A DNA stretch of 64,000 nt from contig CBDCYI010000005.1 of assembly GCA_965224085.1 (NCBI GenBank), positions 608,001 to 672,000 of the forward strand, read 5' to 3'. Below the pieces are notes generated by a model. The model was not told the DNA's origin and did not search any database. It saw only the letters and a program-made list of their open reading frames with translations. Made by a program: the position numbers and the translations under genes. Of the stretch, positions 1-10,599 are shown piece by piece; position 1 is the first letter of the stretch; each line of letters starts with the position of its first letter. This DNA comes from Candidatus Marinacidobacterales bacterium. GTDB taxonomy: Bacteria; Acidobacteriota; Vicinamibacteria; Marinacidobacterales; SMYC01.

Positions 1-1911
1 GGCTACCTGCGAGCGGCCGGCGAAGTCAGTCGTCTCGCGGTCGGCGACGCCATGGCCTCGCCGAGAGAAACCACGTACAAAGTCACGCGGTGGGTCTCTC
101 AAACGGAGCAAGTCGAAGGCGCTCCCTACGGAACAAGAGGCGGCACTTCCGTGGTCCATAACTTCCCCGCCGATGGTGAGTACCGTTTTCGCGTCTCGTT
201 CCATCACGAAACGACGGGGGCGCTCCATGGGAGCGGCCGCGCTGCGCTGCATACGGTCGACGAGCTCGAGCAAATCGAAGTCTCCATCAACGGCGAGCGT
301 AAAGCGCTCCTCACCATCGATCGCTGGATGCACGCTTCCGATCCGGACGGCATGGACCTCCGCACGGAGCCAATCTTCGTCGAGTCCGGACCGCAGCGCG
401 TCTCCGCCGCGTTCATCAACAAGGTCGAAGGCCCTCTCCAGGATTTGATGTCCCCCCACGACTGGTCGGTCGCAAGCACGAGCATCGCGGACTCCTACGG
501 CTTCACGAGCGTGCCTCACTTGCGCGATCTCGCCATCACCGGCCCGTACAACCCGACCGGCGTCTCGGAGACGCCAAGTCGGCGAAAGATCTTCTCGTGC
601 CGTCCGGAATCACCGGACGACGCGTCCGCCTGCGCCGAAGCGATTGTGGCGCGGTTGAGCGCTCGCGCCTATCGAAGGCCTCTCTCCGATAGCGACCTCG
701 CAGCACTCATGAAGCTCTATGAAGTCGGTGCCGAAGACGGCGGCTTCGAGTACGGCGTCCGCACGGCGCTCGAAGGCATGCTCGCGAGCCCGCATTTCGT
801 CTTTCGCTTCGAGGAGCCGTCACAGGCGAGCCTATCCGGTGGCGCTTATCGCGTGGCTGATGTCGACCTAGGCTCGCGCTTGTCCTATTTTCTCTGGGGA
901 ACGCCCCCGGATGAAGAGCTCATGCGTGTCGCGCGTGACGGCCGCCTCTCCGAGACGAACGTCCTCGAGCAGCAAGCGATGAGAATGTTGGCCGACCCGC
1001 GCTCGGAAGCACTCGCTACCCGCTTCGCAGCTCAGTGGCTCCGCTTGTCGGATCTCGAGAAGATGCATCCGAACGTGCGAACCTATCCCGACTATCACGA
1101 CCAGCTCAAGCGGTCGATGTATCGCGAGACGGAGCTTTTCTTCGACAGCCTCGTGCGCGAGGACCGCAGCGTGCTCGAGCTTTTGAGCGCGGACTACACG
1201 TTCGTCGACGAGCGGCTCGCGAAGCACTACGGCATCGAGAACGTCCTGGGCGATGAGTTCCGTCGCGTCGTCTATCCGAACGAAGATCGCCACGGCATTT
1301 TGGGCCACGGCAGTGTACTGACGCTGACGTCGCACGCAAGCCGCACGTCTCCTGTTCTTCGCGGCAAGTGGATCATGGAGGTCCTACTCGGGTCGCCGCC
1401 GCCGCCGCCGCCGCCAAACATCCCAGAGCTCGAGGAGACGGGCGATGCCGAAGGGGGCCGCCTGCTTTCCGTGCGCGAGCAAATGGAAAAGCACCGGGCG
1501 CGCCCGGCATGCAATTCCTGTCACAGGATGATCGACCCGCCCGGTCTCGCGCTCGAGAATTTCGACGCGACGGGTGCGTGGAGAATCAAAGATCGCGGTG
1601 TACCCGTCGACGTCTCCGGTGAGCTCTACGACGGAACGCCGCTTGCGGGCCCGAAGGATTTGAGAGAGGCGCTTCTCGAGCGCCAGACGTCGTTCGTGCG
1701 CACGTTCACGGAAAACCTGATGGCCTATGCGTTGGGTCGGCGCGTCGAGTATTACGACATGCCCTCGATCCGCGTCATCGCGCGCGCGGCGAACGAGAAC
1801 GACCAGCGAATGTCTTCTTACATTTTGGGCGTGGTGACGAGTCCCGCGTTCCGTATGAAATCGATGTCCTTCGAAGCGGAGACGGAAGCTGCTGCCGAAG
1901 GATTGCATTGA
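1..1911 (+). CDS. DUF1592/DUF1588/DUF1585-type (PSD/PSCyt) heme c protein, 5' partial
   Basis: Frame open from base 1 (GYLRAAGEVSRLAVG). Motifs RLSYFLW, TSPVLRGKWIMEVLLGSPPPPPPP, CNSCH heme motif, ALENFDATGAWR, YALGR. Confidence 0.88.
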   Translation, partial: GYLRAAGEVSRLAVGDAMASPRETTYKVTRWVSQTEQVEGAPYGTRGGTSVVHNFPADGEYRFRVSFHHETTGALHGSGRAALHTVDELEQIEVSINGERKALLTIDRWMHASDPDGMDLRTEPIFVESGPQRVSAAFINKVEGPLQDLMSPHDWSVASTSIADSYGFTSVPHLRDLAITGPYNPTGVSETPSRRKIFSCRPESPDDASACAEAIVARLSARAYRRPLSDSDLAALMKLYEVGAEDGGFEYGVRTALEGMLASPHFVFRFEEPSQASLSGGAYRVADVDLGSRLSYFLWGTPPDEELMRVARDGRLSETNVLEQQAMRMLADPRSEALATRFAAQWLRLSDLEKMHPNVRTYPDYHDQLKRSMYRETELFFDSLVREDRSVLELLSADYTFVDERLAKHYGIENVLGDEFRRVVYPNEDRHGILGHGSVLTLTSHASRTSPVLRGKWIMEVLLGSPPPPPPPNIPELEETGDAEGGRLLSVREQMEKHRARPACNSCHRMIDPPGLALENFDATGAWRIKDRGVPVDVSGELYDGTPLAGPKDLREALLERQTSFVRTFTENLMAYALGRRVEYYDMPSIRVIARAANENDQRMSSYILGVVTSPAFRMKSMSFEAETEAAAEGLH

Positions 1912-1930
1912 GCACAAAAGGAGCAGAGAC

Positions 1931-3328
1931 ATGGGGATCCTTACCGGTAAGCACCTTCCTCGCAGAACCTTCCTCCGCGGCATAGGAGCCACCGTCGCAC
2001 TGCCGTTTCTCGAGGCGATGGTGCCCGCACGCAAAGCATTCGGTGCGACAACATTGACAGGGGCCGATCGCACGCGACTCGTCTGCATCGAGATGGTGCA
2101 CGGCGCCGCGGGCAGCACCAAATGGGGCTCGACACAGCACCTATGGTCCCCCGCCGCGGAAGGTCGCGATTTCGATCTCGGTCCGACGGCCCTGAGCTCG
2201 CTCGAGCCTTTCCAAAAGGACTTGACGATCGTAAGCGACACCGATCTGCGAAACGCGGAAGCGTTCATCCCCGAGGAGATCGGAGGCGACCACTTTCGCT
2301 CGAGCGCTGTCTTTCTCACCCAATCCCATCCCCGGCAGACCGAGAGCTCGGACGTCTTGTCGGGCACGTCCATGGACCAGCTCTACGCCCAGCGCTTCGG
2401 CCAGGATACGCCCATCCCGTCAATGCAGCTTTGCATCGAGAACGTGGACCAAGCCGGCGGATGCGCCTATGGCTACTCGTGCGTGTATACGGACACGATT
2501 AGCTGGAAGTCTCCAACGGAGCCGCTCCCGATGATCCGAGACCCCAGGCTCGCATTCGACATGGTCTTCGGCGCGGGAGGCACGGCGGAAGAGCGCGCCG
2601 CCCGACGACGCTCGAGCCAGAGCATTTTGGATTTCGTGACGGGAGAAGTCTCCGAGCTGAAGGGCACGCTCGACGCTCCCGACCGCCGTCGGGTGGATCG
2701 CTATCTCGAGAACATCCGCGAGATCGAGCGACGCATCCAGAAAGTCGTCGAGCGCAATATGAGCGGCGAGATACGCGAGCTACCGCAAGCGCCCACGGGC
2801 GTTCCCGACTCCTTCGACGAGCACGTGAAGCTCATGTTCGATCTCCAGGCGCTCGCTCTCCAAGCGGACATGACGCGCGTGTTCTCGTTCAAGATGGGCC
2901 GGGACGCCTCGAGTCGCGTCTACCCCGAGAGCGGCGTGGACAAGGGATTCCACCCCGCATCCCATCACGGCGACAAAGAGAACAACATCACGGATTTCTT
3001 CCGCATCAACCGCTACCACGTAGGCCTGCTCCCGTACTTTCTCGAGAAGCTCGCAAGCATTGAGGAAGCCGAAGCCGGGGAGACGATTTTAGACAAAACG
3101 ATGGTCCTCTACGGCTCGCCGATGGGCGACCCGAACGTGCACAATCACAAGCGCTGCCCTCTCTTCATCGTCGGCGGCGCGAACGGCAAGCTCGATGGCG
3201 GCCTGCACCTCCGCGCCGCGCCGGGAACCCCAATGGCGAACGTGATGCTGAGCCTCCTGCAAAAGCTCGGCTTCGAGGAGATGGAGAGCTTCGGAGACAG
3301 CACGGCTCCGTTCTCGCTCTCGGTCTAG
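1931..3328 (+). CDS. DUF1552 (HXXSHH) protein with Tat-like signal
   Basis: RBS AGGAG; N-terminal PRRTFLRG..LPFLEAM; HPASHH motif; usual partner of DUF1592 genes. Confidence 0.9.
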   Translation: MGILTGKHLPRRTFLRGIGATVALPFLEAMVPARKAFGATTLTGADRTRLVCIEMVHGAAGSTKWGSTQHLWSPAAEGRDFDLGPTALSSLEPFQKDLTIVSDTDLRNAEAFIPEEIGGDHFRSSAVFLTQSHPRQTESSDVLSGTSMDQLYAQRFGQDTPIPSMQLCIENVDQAGGCAYGYSCVYTDTISWKSPTEPLPMIRDPRLAFDMVFGAGGTAEERAARRRSSQSILDFVTGEVSELKGTLDAPDRRRVDRYLENIREIERRIQKVVERNMSGEIRELPQAPTGVPDSFDEHVKLMFDLQALALQADMTRVFSFKMGRDASSRVYPESGVDKGFHPASHHGDKENNITDFFRINRYHVGLLPYFLEKLASIEEAEAGETILDKTMVLYGSPMGDPNVHNHKRCPLFIVGGANGKLDGGLHLRAAPGTPMANVMLSLLQKLGFEEMESFGDSTAPFSLSV

Positions 3329-3340
3329 AGGAGAAGAGCG

Positions 3341-5122
3341 ATGCGCGTGTGGAAGGCTGGAATGCTTCTCGCAGCACTCTTCTGGGCGGCAACCGCCGCG
3401 ACGGTCGCGGCTCCCGAAGCCCCTATTACTACTGTCGCTTCTGTTGCTGACGCCGCGATGGGCGGCGATGTTGTCACGCTGCGCGCGCTTCTCGAGCAAG
3501 GCGCCGATGTAAACGCGCGGTTCGGCGACGGGATGACGGGCCTTCATTGGGCAGCTCGCAAGGGCAACGCGGCGATCGCGGAAGTTTTGATCGGTGCCGG
3601 CGCCGATCTCGAAGCGACGACGCGGATTGGAGCGCATACACCGCTCCACGTCGCGAGCGCCGCAGGCCGCGCTTCCATCGTGAAGGTGCTCCTTCTGGCT
3701 GGCGCCAACGCACACGCGAGAACGACAACGGGAGCGATACCGCTTCATTTCGCCGCCGCCTCCGGTAGTGCTCTGGCCGCGGCCGCTTTGGTCGAGCACG
3801 AAGCGGACGTGAACGCAGCCGAGCCTCAGTGGGGACAGACCGCGCTCATGTTTGCGGCCGCGGCGGGACGGACCGAGGTCGTCGAGGTCTTGCTCGAAGG
3901 CGAGGCGGACCCGTCGATCGCGGCCAAGGTTGTGGACGTCGTTGAGCGGAACGAGCACGACCGCTCCGAGCGCCGCGAGCGCATGAAGCACATCGCGGAG
4001 CTCCGGTGGGCAAAAACGAAGAACGCGCCGAATGACAGGAACGCGCCGCGCGAAGCGGAACCCGATCCCGAAGATCGAGACGAAGCGCTCCGGCGCGGTG
4101 GCGAGCCGGTGCCCCTCAACTACGCCGATCTTGTCGCGACCCATGGCGGCCTCACCCCTCTTCTTCTCGCCGCGCGCGAAGGTCATGTCGGCGCCACCCT
4201 CGCACTCATCAAGGGCACGGCAGACATCAATCAAGTGAGCGCCGCCGACAACACGAGCCCGATGCTCATCGCGATGCTCAACGGACATTTCGACCTCGCC
4301 ATGCAGCTTTTCGAGCTCGGCGCCGACCCGAGCGTCGCGAGCGACGCGGGAGCCACACCGCTCTACGCCGCGCTCAACATGCACTGGGCTCCGAAAGCGC
4401 GCCACCCACAGCCCGTGGCTTACATGCAGCAAAAGCTCACCTATCTCGAAGTGATGGAAACACTCCTGAAGGCAGGCGTCGACCCGAACGTCCGTCTGAA
4501 GAAGACGCTCTGGTATACGACCTATAACCGCGACCTGCTCGGCGTCAACCGGGCCGGGGCGACACCTTTCTGGCGCGCGGCGCACGCACTCGACATCGAC
4601 GCGATGCGCCTTTTGCTCGCCCATGGCGCGGACCCGAACATGCCGACGATCAAAATTCCCGAACGCAAGCGCCGAGACGGAAGCGGGTATGGGGTCGGAG
4701 GTGAGGACGATACAGACCACTCGGGCTTGCCGCTCGTTCCGTTGGGTGGTCCCGCGGTCTACCCGATCCACGCCGCTTCGGGCGTGGGCCACGGTCAAGG
4801 CTACGCCGGCAATTCGCATCGCCACGTGCCGGATGGATGGCTCCCCGCCGTGAAGTTTCTCGTCGAAGAGCTCGGAGCCGGCGTGCACGCGAGAGACTAC
4901 AAGGGCTACAACTCAGTACACCATGCAGCTGCACGTGGCGACAACGAGCTCATCCGCTACCTCGTCTCGAAAGGCGCGGATGTGACCTCCGTCAGCCGCA
5001 AAGGTCAGACGACGGCCGACATGGCGAATGGCCCCGTGCAGCGCGTCCAGCCTTATCCGGAGACGGTTGCGCTGCTCGTGAGCCTGGGCGCTACGAACAA
5101 CCATAACTGCGTCAGCTGCTGA
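3341..5122 (+). CDS. Exported ankyrin-repeat protein
   Basis: Signal peptide; many TPLH/TALM...GADVN repeats; ends NNHNCVSC. Confidence 0.9.
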   Translation: MRVWKAGMLLAALFWAATAATVAAPEAPITTVASVADAAMGGDVVTLRALLEQGADVNARFGDGMTGLHWAARKGNAAIAEVLIGAGADLEATTRIGAHTPLHVASAAGRASIVKVLLLAGANAHARTTTGAIPLHFAAASGSALAAAALVEHEADVNAAEPQWGQTALMFAAAAGRTEVVEVLLEGEADPSIAAKVVDVVERNEHDRSERRERMKHIAELRWAKTKNAPNDRNAPREAEPDPEDRDEALRRGGEPVPLNYADLVATHGGLTPLLLAAREGHVGATLALIKGTADINQVSAADNTSPMLIAMLNGHFDLAMQLFELGADPSVASDAGATPLYAALNMHWAPKARHPQPVAYMQQKLTYLEVMETLLKAGVDPNVRLKKTLWYTTYNRDLLGVNRAGATPFWRAAHALDIDAMRLLLAHGADPNMPTIKIPERKRRDGSGYGVGGEDDTDHSGLPLVPLGGPAVYPIHAASGVGHGQGYAGNSHRHVPDGWLPAVKFLVEELGAGVHARDYKGYNSVHHAAARGDNELIRYLVSKGADVTSVSRKGQTTADMANGPVQRVQPYPETVALLVSLGATNNHNCVSC

Positions 5123-5136
5123 GCATCACCCAAAGC

Positions 5137-5430
5137 TTGGTGCCCAGCCGCAATGCAGCGGGGTACGACCTGTCTCGCGACGATCCACAACGCCATCCCA
5201 AATGGACTCGCGTCCTCTACATCGTGGATCGCGACGGCAAGCTCGTCGAGAGCTGGGACCAGCGCAACGCGATGTTCGTCCGACCGCATCGGGTCAAGAT
5301 CAATCCCTACGGTCGTGAGCGCCACGTCTGGGTGGGCGATGACGGCGCGCACCACATCACGAAGTTCACGAGAGACGGAAAGAAAGTCGTCATGCAGCTC
5401 GGGAAGTTCAGGGAGCCCGGCAATAAGGAG
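5137..5430 (+). pseudogene. NHL-repeat / beta-propeller protein fragment
   Basis: IVDRDGKLVESW...RPHRVKINPY..RHVWVGDD.AHHITKFTRDGKKVVMQLG; no proper start, degenerates after about 5430. Confidence 0.55.
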
Positions 5431-5609
5431 ACGAAAACCTTAATCGCCCACCTGCTTTGGGGGCGAGATGTGGGAAAAGTTAAGAGGTGCGGACGGCGTG
5501 AGCGTTGTATACTCACCATCCTTCGGGCCTGCCCGCTACGTTCCGCCGGCCGCGCGGCGACGGGAAGTGGGCAACGATCGTTCGCAACCTGATTCACAAG
5601 GAGGAGTTG

Positions 5610-6045
5610 ATGTCCAAGCTCAAGCTCGAGCAAGCGAACCACCATCATCGAGAACGCCTTCGTGAAAGCCGCTGAGATGAAAATCAAGCCACTCGGTGTC
5701 GTCGTTCTCGACGACGGCGGCAATGTCGCCTCCGCTCAGCGGCAGGACGGCGCCAGCATGTTTCGCCTCGATGTCGCCCGCGGCAAGGCGTGGGCGTCGG
5801 TGGCAATGGGAGCCTCGAGCCGGGCACTCTTCACGCGTGCGAAGGACAACCCCAACTTCTTCGTCACCTTGGCGGCGACCGCAGACGGCAAGTTCCTGCC
5901 GCAGACAGGCGCCGTGCTGATCAAGAACGCGCAAGGAGAAATTCTCGGCGCTGCCGGCGGCAGCGGTGGCTCCGGAGAGGAGGACGAGGCGTGCTGCGCT
6001 TATGGCGTCGAGAAGACGGGGTTGAGCGCGGACGCCTCGCCATGA
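5610..6045 (+). CDS. GlcG/HbpS family heme-binding protein, one-base frameshift near 5640
   Basis: RBS GGAGGAG then ATG 5610 (MSKLKLEQAN), an extra base, then TIIENAF...VVVLDDGG...RQDGA...ARGKAW...GAAGGSGG..EEDEACC. Confidence 0.75.
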
Positions 6046-6114
6046 AGCGCAACGCTTCTTTGACGAAGCTCCCGTCTTTCCGAAACACTTGAATGCGATC
6101 GTTGGTGCGGTCGC

Positions 6115-6554
6115 AAACGTGTGAACTTCAGAATCTGCGCGTCCTTGGGGCCCCCTCCCGCGACCCACACGTTGTTCTCGTCGTCGACGTGGATGGCATG
6201 TTCGAGATCCGGCCATTCGTAACCCGAGCCTTGTCCACCCCAGGACGAGACGACCCTGCCTGCAGGATCGAATTCGAGCACGGGCGGAGCGGCATCCCAC
6301 ACGGAGCGTGTCTCGTTGGGTTGAAGCGTTCCGGGACGGTGGACGATCCAGACGTGGTCCTGGGAATCGACGGCCACGCCAACGACCGCCCCGACGAGCC
6401 AGCGCTCGGGAAGCGCCTGGGGCCACATGGATCCACCTGGAACACTGGTGCCTCTCGGCGAGGTTCGAGAGCGATTCCGTCGCGCACCGTCGTCCCGAGC
6501 GATCCGATTGCGGCCATGGCGGAAATGGCAATGATCGTTTGCGTGTAGCTCATG
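6115..6554 (-). pseudogene. NHL-repeat secreted protein, frameshifted and 3'-truncated
   Basis: Signal-like start, PVFQVDP / frameshift / WPQALPERWLVGAVVGVAVDSQDHVWIVHRP...PPVLEFDPAG...EHAIHVDDENNVWV...QILKFT, then lost. Confidence 0.65.
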
Positions 6555-6730
6555 AAGATCCTCCGGGCGTCGAGCTCCGAGCAACCAGCGGCCGGCGGCA
6601 CTGAGCCGCCGAAGAATAGCACGAGGTACGCGTTGCGGTCCGGTCAAATTGAGCGGGTGACTGACGGAAGGGGCCAATGAACAGCAAGTTGCTGATTGCC
6701 ACGGATCGCCCGAGATCCGGGCGAGGCGCC

Positions 6731-7828
6731 TCACGAGCGGTCCAGGGTCTCCCTTATTTTGCGTGCCAGAGAAGGCATCGAGAAGGGCTTTTTCAAGAAC
6801 ACGGAGCCATCCTCCACATGGCGGTCGTTGGCGTCATTCGAGTAAACCCGACATGTAGAGGACCATCATATTCGGTCGTCGCGATAGCGCCCGTTTAGCC
6901 AACTCGCGGCCGTTCATACCGGCATCACCATATCGGTTAACAGGAGGTCGATGGAGTTCTCCTGATCGTCGAGAACTCGAAGGGCTTCGAGTCCATCACG
7001 GGCCGTGAGCACGGTGTAGCCTTGGGTCTCGAGGAACTTGCGGATCAGACTTCGGATAGCGATTTCGTCTTCCACGACTAGGATGATCTCCGATCCGCCG
7101 ACGGGCGCGCCCTTCGACAATAGATCGGGAGCTTCGACGTCACCGGCTCTCGCGACGTGCGGCAAGTAGACTCGGAACGTCGTGCCCTGGCCCACCTCAC
7201 TTTCGACCCCGACATATCCACCGCTTTGCTTGACGATGCCGTAGACACTAGCGAGCCCCAACCCGGTTCCCTTGCCTTGCTCCTTCGATGTGAAGAAAGG
7301 CTCAAAGAGATGCGAAAGAGCCTCAGAAGCGATTCCGACGCCCGTGTCGCTTACTTCCAAGAGAACGTGATGCCCGGGTGTCGCGCCATCGTGCCGCGCG
7401 GCGAAAGCCTCGCTCAGCTCGACGTTCGAGGACTTGAAGACCAGCTTGCCGCCCTTCGGCATAGCATCGCGCGCATTGAGGGCCAGGTTGAGGATCACCT
7501 GCTCGATCTGGCCTCGATCGGCCTCAATGGGATCCAAGTCCGGTTCCAAAACCATCAGCACCTGGATATCTTCGCCGATAAGGCGGCGAAGCATTTTTTC
7601 CACGTCGGTGACGCTCGAGTTCAGGTTCAGAACCGTCGGCCGCCGCACCTGCCGGCGACTGAACGCGAGGAGCTGCTGTGTGAGGGACGACGCGCGCTCG
7701 GCCGCCCTTCGGATTTGCCGGATGTCGTCCCGTCGTCGATCGCCGGACGGGAGGTCGCGTGTCAGAAGCTCGCCATGGCCGAGGATGACCGTCAGTAGAT
7801 TATTGAAATCGTGGGCCACACCACCGAG
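6731..7828 (-). pseudogene. Hybrid sensor histidine kinase-receiver, 5'-truncated, frameshifts in receiver tail
   Basis: GGVAHDFNNLL H-box, NLALNARDAM, DTGVG, FEPFFT, GTGLGL, VVEDE, LLTDMVMP. Shifted tail MNGRELA...VLYMSG/...FLKKPFS..LARKIRETLDRS ends at 6731. Confidence 0.8.
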
Positions 7829-9081
7829 CGTCGAAACGAAACCTCGGTTCCGCGGACTTTTTTCTACTCTGGGCCGGGGTTGCCATCTCCCTCGCGGAGA
7901 TTTGGGCCGGGGGATTTCTCGCACCCATGGGGTTTTGGCGCGCGCTGTTGGCCATCTTGCTCGGGCACGCGATCGGCAACACCCTCATGGCGCTCGGCGG
8001 CGTTCCCGGCTCCGATCACGGCATCCCGTCCATGGTGTCCGTGCGCCCGTCCTTCGGTATCCGCGGCTCGAGCTTCGCCGCCATCCTCAACGTGATCCAG
8101 CTCGTCTGCTGGGCGTCCATCATGCTCATCATCGGCGGCCGCGCGGGGGCGGTGCTGGGCGGGCCCATCGGAGGCATCTGGGCGTCGCATCGGTTCTGGA
8201 TCGTCGTCATTGGCTCCGGCACGCTGGCCTGGGCGCTCTTCACGGGCCGCCGTGTCTGGAAGATCCTGCAGGCAGGTGCGGTCGTCGGTCTTCTCACCGT
8301 CATTACAATGTTGAGCTGGGAGACTTATGAATCTTTCTTGGCGTTCACGGCGAGCGCGACGGGGCAGACGGACGGCGGCGAGATGCCTTTCATGGTTGGC
8401 CTCGATCTCGTCATAGCCATGCCCATTTCATGGATGCCGCTCGTGGCAGACTACTCCCGCTTTTCCCGCAGGACGACATCTTCGTTTTGGACCACGTGGA
8501 TCGGCTATTTCCTCGTATCGTCGTGGATGTTCGTTCTCGGTCTGATGGCGACCCTCGTCACGGGCACGGCCGAGCCGCACATCCAAATGCTCGAGCTCAT
8601 GGGCGCGGCCGGGCTCGCCATCCCGGCCCTTCTCATGGTGGTCTTCTCGACTATAACTTCCGATTTTCCCGATCTTTATTCCGCCACGTGCTCGATGCTC
8701 AACGTCTCCGAGAAAATCAGCGCGCGGGGCTTCATGTGGGTAACGGGCATCGTCTCGATCCTCACAGCACTCGTCTTTCCGATGGACCGCTACGAGAGCT
8801 TCCTTTATCTCATCGGCGCGATGTTCACCCCGCTCTTCGGCATCGTCCTCACCGACTATTTCCTCATCAGGAAACGCCGGCTCGAAGTCGACGGGCTCTA
8901 CGACGACGCCGGTCCGTATCGCTACGCCTCGGGATTCAACCGCCTCGCGCTTCTCTGCTGGGCGGCCGGCTTCGCCACCTACAAGCTCATCGAAGTCTCC
9001 GGGCTCCCGTTGGGCGCAACACTCCCTTCCGTCCTCGTCTCAGGCCTGCTATATCTCGCATTCACTCCCCGGCAAGCGTGA
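7828..9081 (+). CDS. NCS1 nucleobase permease, CytX-like (hydroxymethylpyrimidine transporter); native start lost
   Basis: Frame upstream of ATG 7927 reads KRNLGSADFFLLWAGVAISLAEI with no start codon; RPSFGIRGS, AMPISWMPLVADYSRF, many TM helices. Confidence 0.8.
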   Translation, partial: ASKRNLGSADFFLLWAGVAISLAEIWAGGFLAPMGFWRALLAILLGHAIGNTLMALGGVPGSDHGIPSMVSVRPSFGIRGSSFAAILNVIQLVCWASIMLIIGGRAGAVLGGPIGGIWASHRFWIVVIGSGTLAWALFTGRRVWKILQAGAVVGLLTVITMLSWETYESFLAFTASATGQTDGGEMPFMVGLDLVIAMPISWMPLVADYSRFSRRTTSSFWTTWIGYFLVSSWMFVLGLMATLVTGTAEPHIQMLELMGAAGLAIPALLMVVFSTITSDFPDLYSATCSMLNVSEKISARGFMWVTGIVSILTALVFPMDRYESFLYLIGAMFTPLFGIVLTDYFLIRKRRLEVDGLYDDAGPYRYASGFNRLALLCWAAGFATYKLIEVSGLPLGATLPSVLVSGLLYLAFTPRQA

Positions 9082-9183
9082 GCCGCGGCTTTGGGTTATA
9101 ATCTTTACGATCAGTCTCTTCAACCAGGTCTGTGCTTCAACTCCTTGATAGCTTCCCATTCAGACACGACACCATCGAACTCC

Positions 9184-10593
9184 ATGACCACAACCGAAAT
9201 AGACACTAAAACTTTCCAAACGTTTGGCTTGGGCGAAGCCACGCTCCGCTCTCTCGAGGAGATGCGCTACGAGCTTCCCACGGACGTGCAACGGGAGGCG
9301 ATCCCCCTCGCCCTCTCAGGCAAGGACCTCGTCGTGCAATCCCGTACCGGCACGGGTAAGACCGCCGCCTTCGGCATCCCCATCGTCGAAAAAATCGAGG
9401 CGGAGGGAGCCTTTGTGCAAGCCATGGTATTGACGCCGACTCGCGAGCTCACGGCTCAAGTGTGTGAAGAGCTCGGCCGCATCGGCCACGATAAAGGCGT
9501 AAAGGTCGAAGCCATCTACGGTGGCGAGTCCATCGGAAAACAAATCGACGGTATCCGCGCCGGCGCTCAAGTCGTCGTCGGCACTCCCGGGCGCGTGCTC
9601 GACCTTTTGAGACGCGGCGAGCTGAAGCTCGGCGGCGCGCGCTTCCTCGTGCTCGACGAAGCCGACAAGATGCTGGACATGGGTTTCGCTCAGGAAATGA
9701 GCGACATCATGCACTTCGTCCCGAGCGAACGCCAGACCTGTCTGTTCTCCGCAACGGTCCCGCTCGGCATCCGAGGCCTCATCCACAACTATTTGAACGA
9801 GCCGAGCCGGGTCTCGCTCTCCGAAGACTTCGCCTATGTGAAGGAAGTTCGGCACACGTACATCATGGCGCCGGCGGCGCAAAAAGAAGATGTGCTCTAC
9901 AAAGTGATCGAGCACGATCAGCCGACCGCGTCCATGATCTTCTGCAATACGCGCAACGAAGTGCGCTCTGTCTCCACGTTTCTCGCTAGACAAGGGTTGC
10001 CCGTCGCTATGATCTCGAGCGATCTCACGCAGAAAAAACGCGAGCAGGTCATGTCCCGGTTCCGCGCGGGCACGATCCGTCATCTCGTCGCGACCGACGT
10101 CGCCGCCCGTGGGATCGACATCGACGAGCTCTCCCATGTCTTCATCTACTCGACTCCGGACTCACCCGAGGACTATATCCATCGCGCAGGCAGGACGGGC
10201 CGCAGCGGGCGCAGCGGCAATGTCGTATCGCTCGTCTCGGCGACCGATCTCGTCAGCTTCAACCGGCAGGCCAATCGCTACGAGCTCGAGCTCACCGAGC
10301 GCGAGGTGCCCACCGAGGAAGAAATAACGAAGCGGCGCACCGAACGCCTTCTCGGCCGCCTCGAAGAGGACGCGCTCAAGAGCACAGGCGAGCTGACGCC
10401 TCTCGTGAACGCGATTTGGGAGCATCCAAAAGGCAAGCTCATCGTCGCAGCTCTCGTGAAAAAGCGCCTCGACGAGACTTCGAAGGTCGAGTTGGAAGAA
10501 GACGATGAGAGCGACGCACCAAAACAGAGCGAGCGAAGCTCGAGGCAGCAGCGACGCCGCCGTCGTGGCCGCAGCCCGCGCAAAGGGAGCTGA
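9184..10593 (+). CDS. DEAD-box RNA helicase
   Basis: Q motif, SRTGTGKT, PTREL, TPGR, DEAD, SAT, ARGID, HRAGRTGR; basic C-tail. Confidence 0.95.
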   Translation: MTTTEIDTKTFQTFGLGEATLRSLEEMRYELPTDVQREAIPLALSGKDLVVQSRTGTGKTAAFGIPIVEKIEAEGAFVQAMVLTPTRELTAQVCEELGRIGHDKGVKVEAIYGGESIGKQIDGIRAGAQVVVGTPGRVLDLLRRGELKLGGARFLVLDEADKMLDMGFAQEMSDIMHFVPSERQTCLFSATVPLGIRGLIHNYLNEPSRVSLSEDFAYVKEVRHTYIMAPAAQKEDVLYKVIEHDQPTASMIFCNTRNEVRSVSTFLARQGLPVAMISSDLTQKKREQVMSRFRAGTIRHLVATDVAARGIDIDELSHVFIYSTPDSPEDYIHRAGRTGRSGRSGNVVSLVSATDLVSFNRQANRYELELTEREVPTEEEITKRRTERLLGRLEEDALKSTGELTPLVNAIWEHPKGKLIVAALVKKRLDETSKVELEEDDESDAPKQSERSSRQQRRRRRGRSPRKGS

Positions 10594-10599
10594 CCCGCT

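Noticed and set aside
1395-1416. (CCG)n run as a contingency microsatellite
   Set aside because: Encodes the poly-proline stretch typical of this protein family.
3089-4888. 599-aa minus-strand ORF and similar long antisense ORFs
   Set aside because: Shadow frames of high-GC genes with no recognisable motifs.
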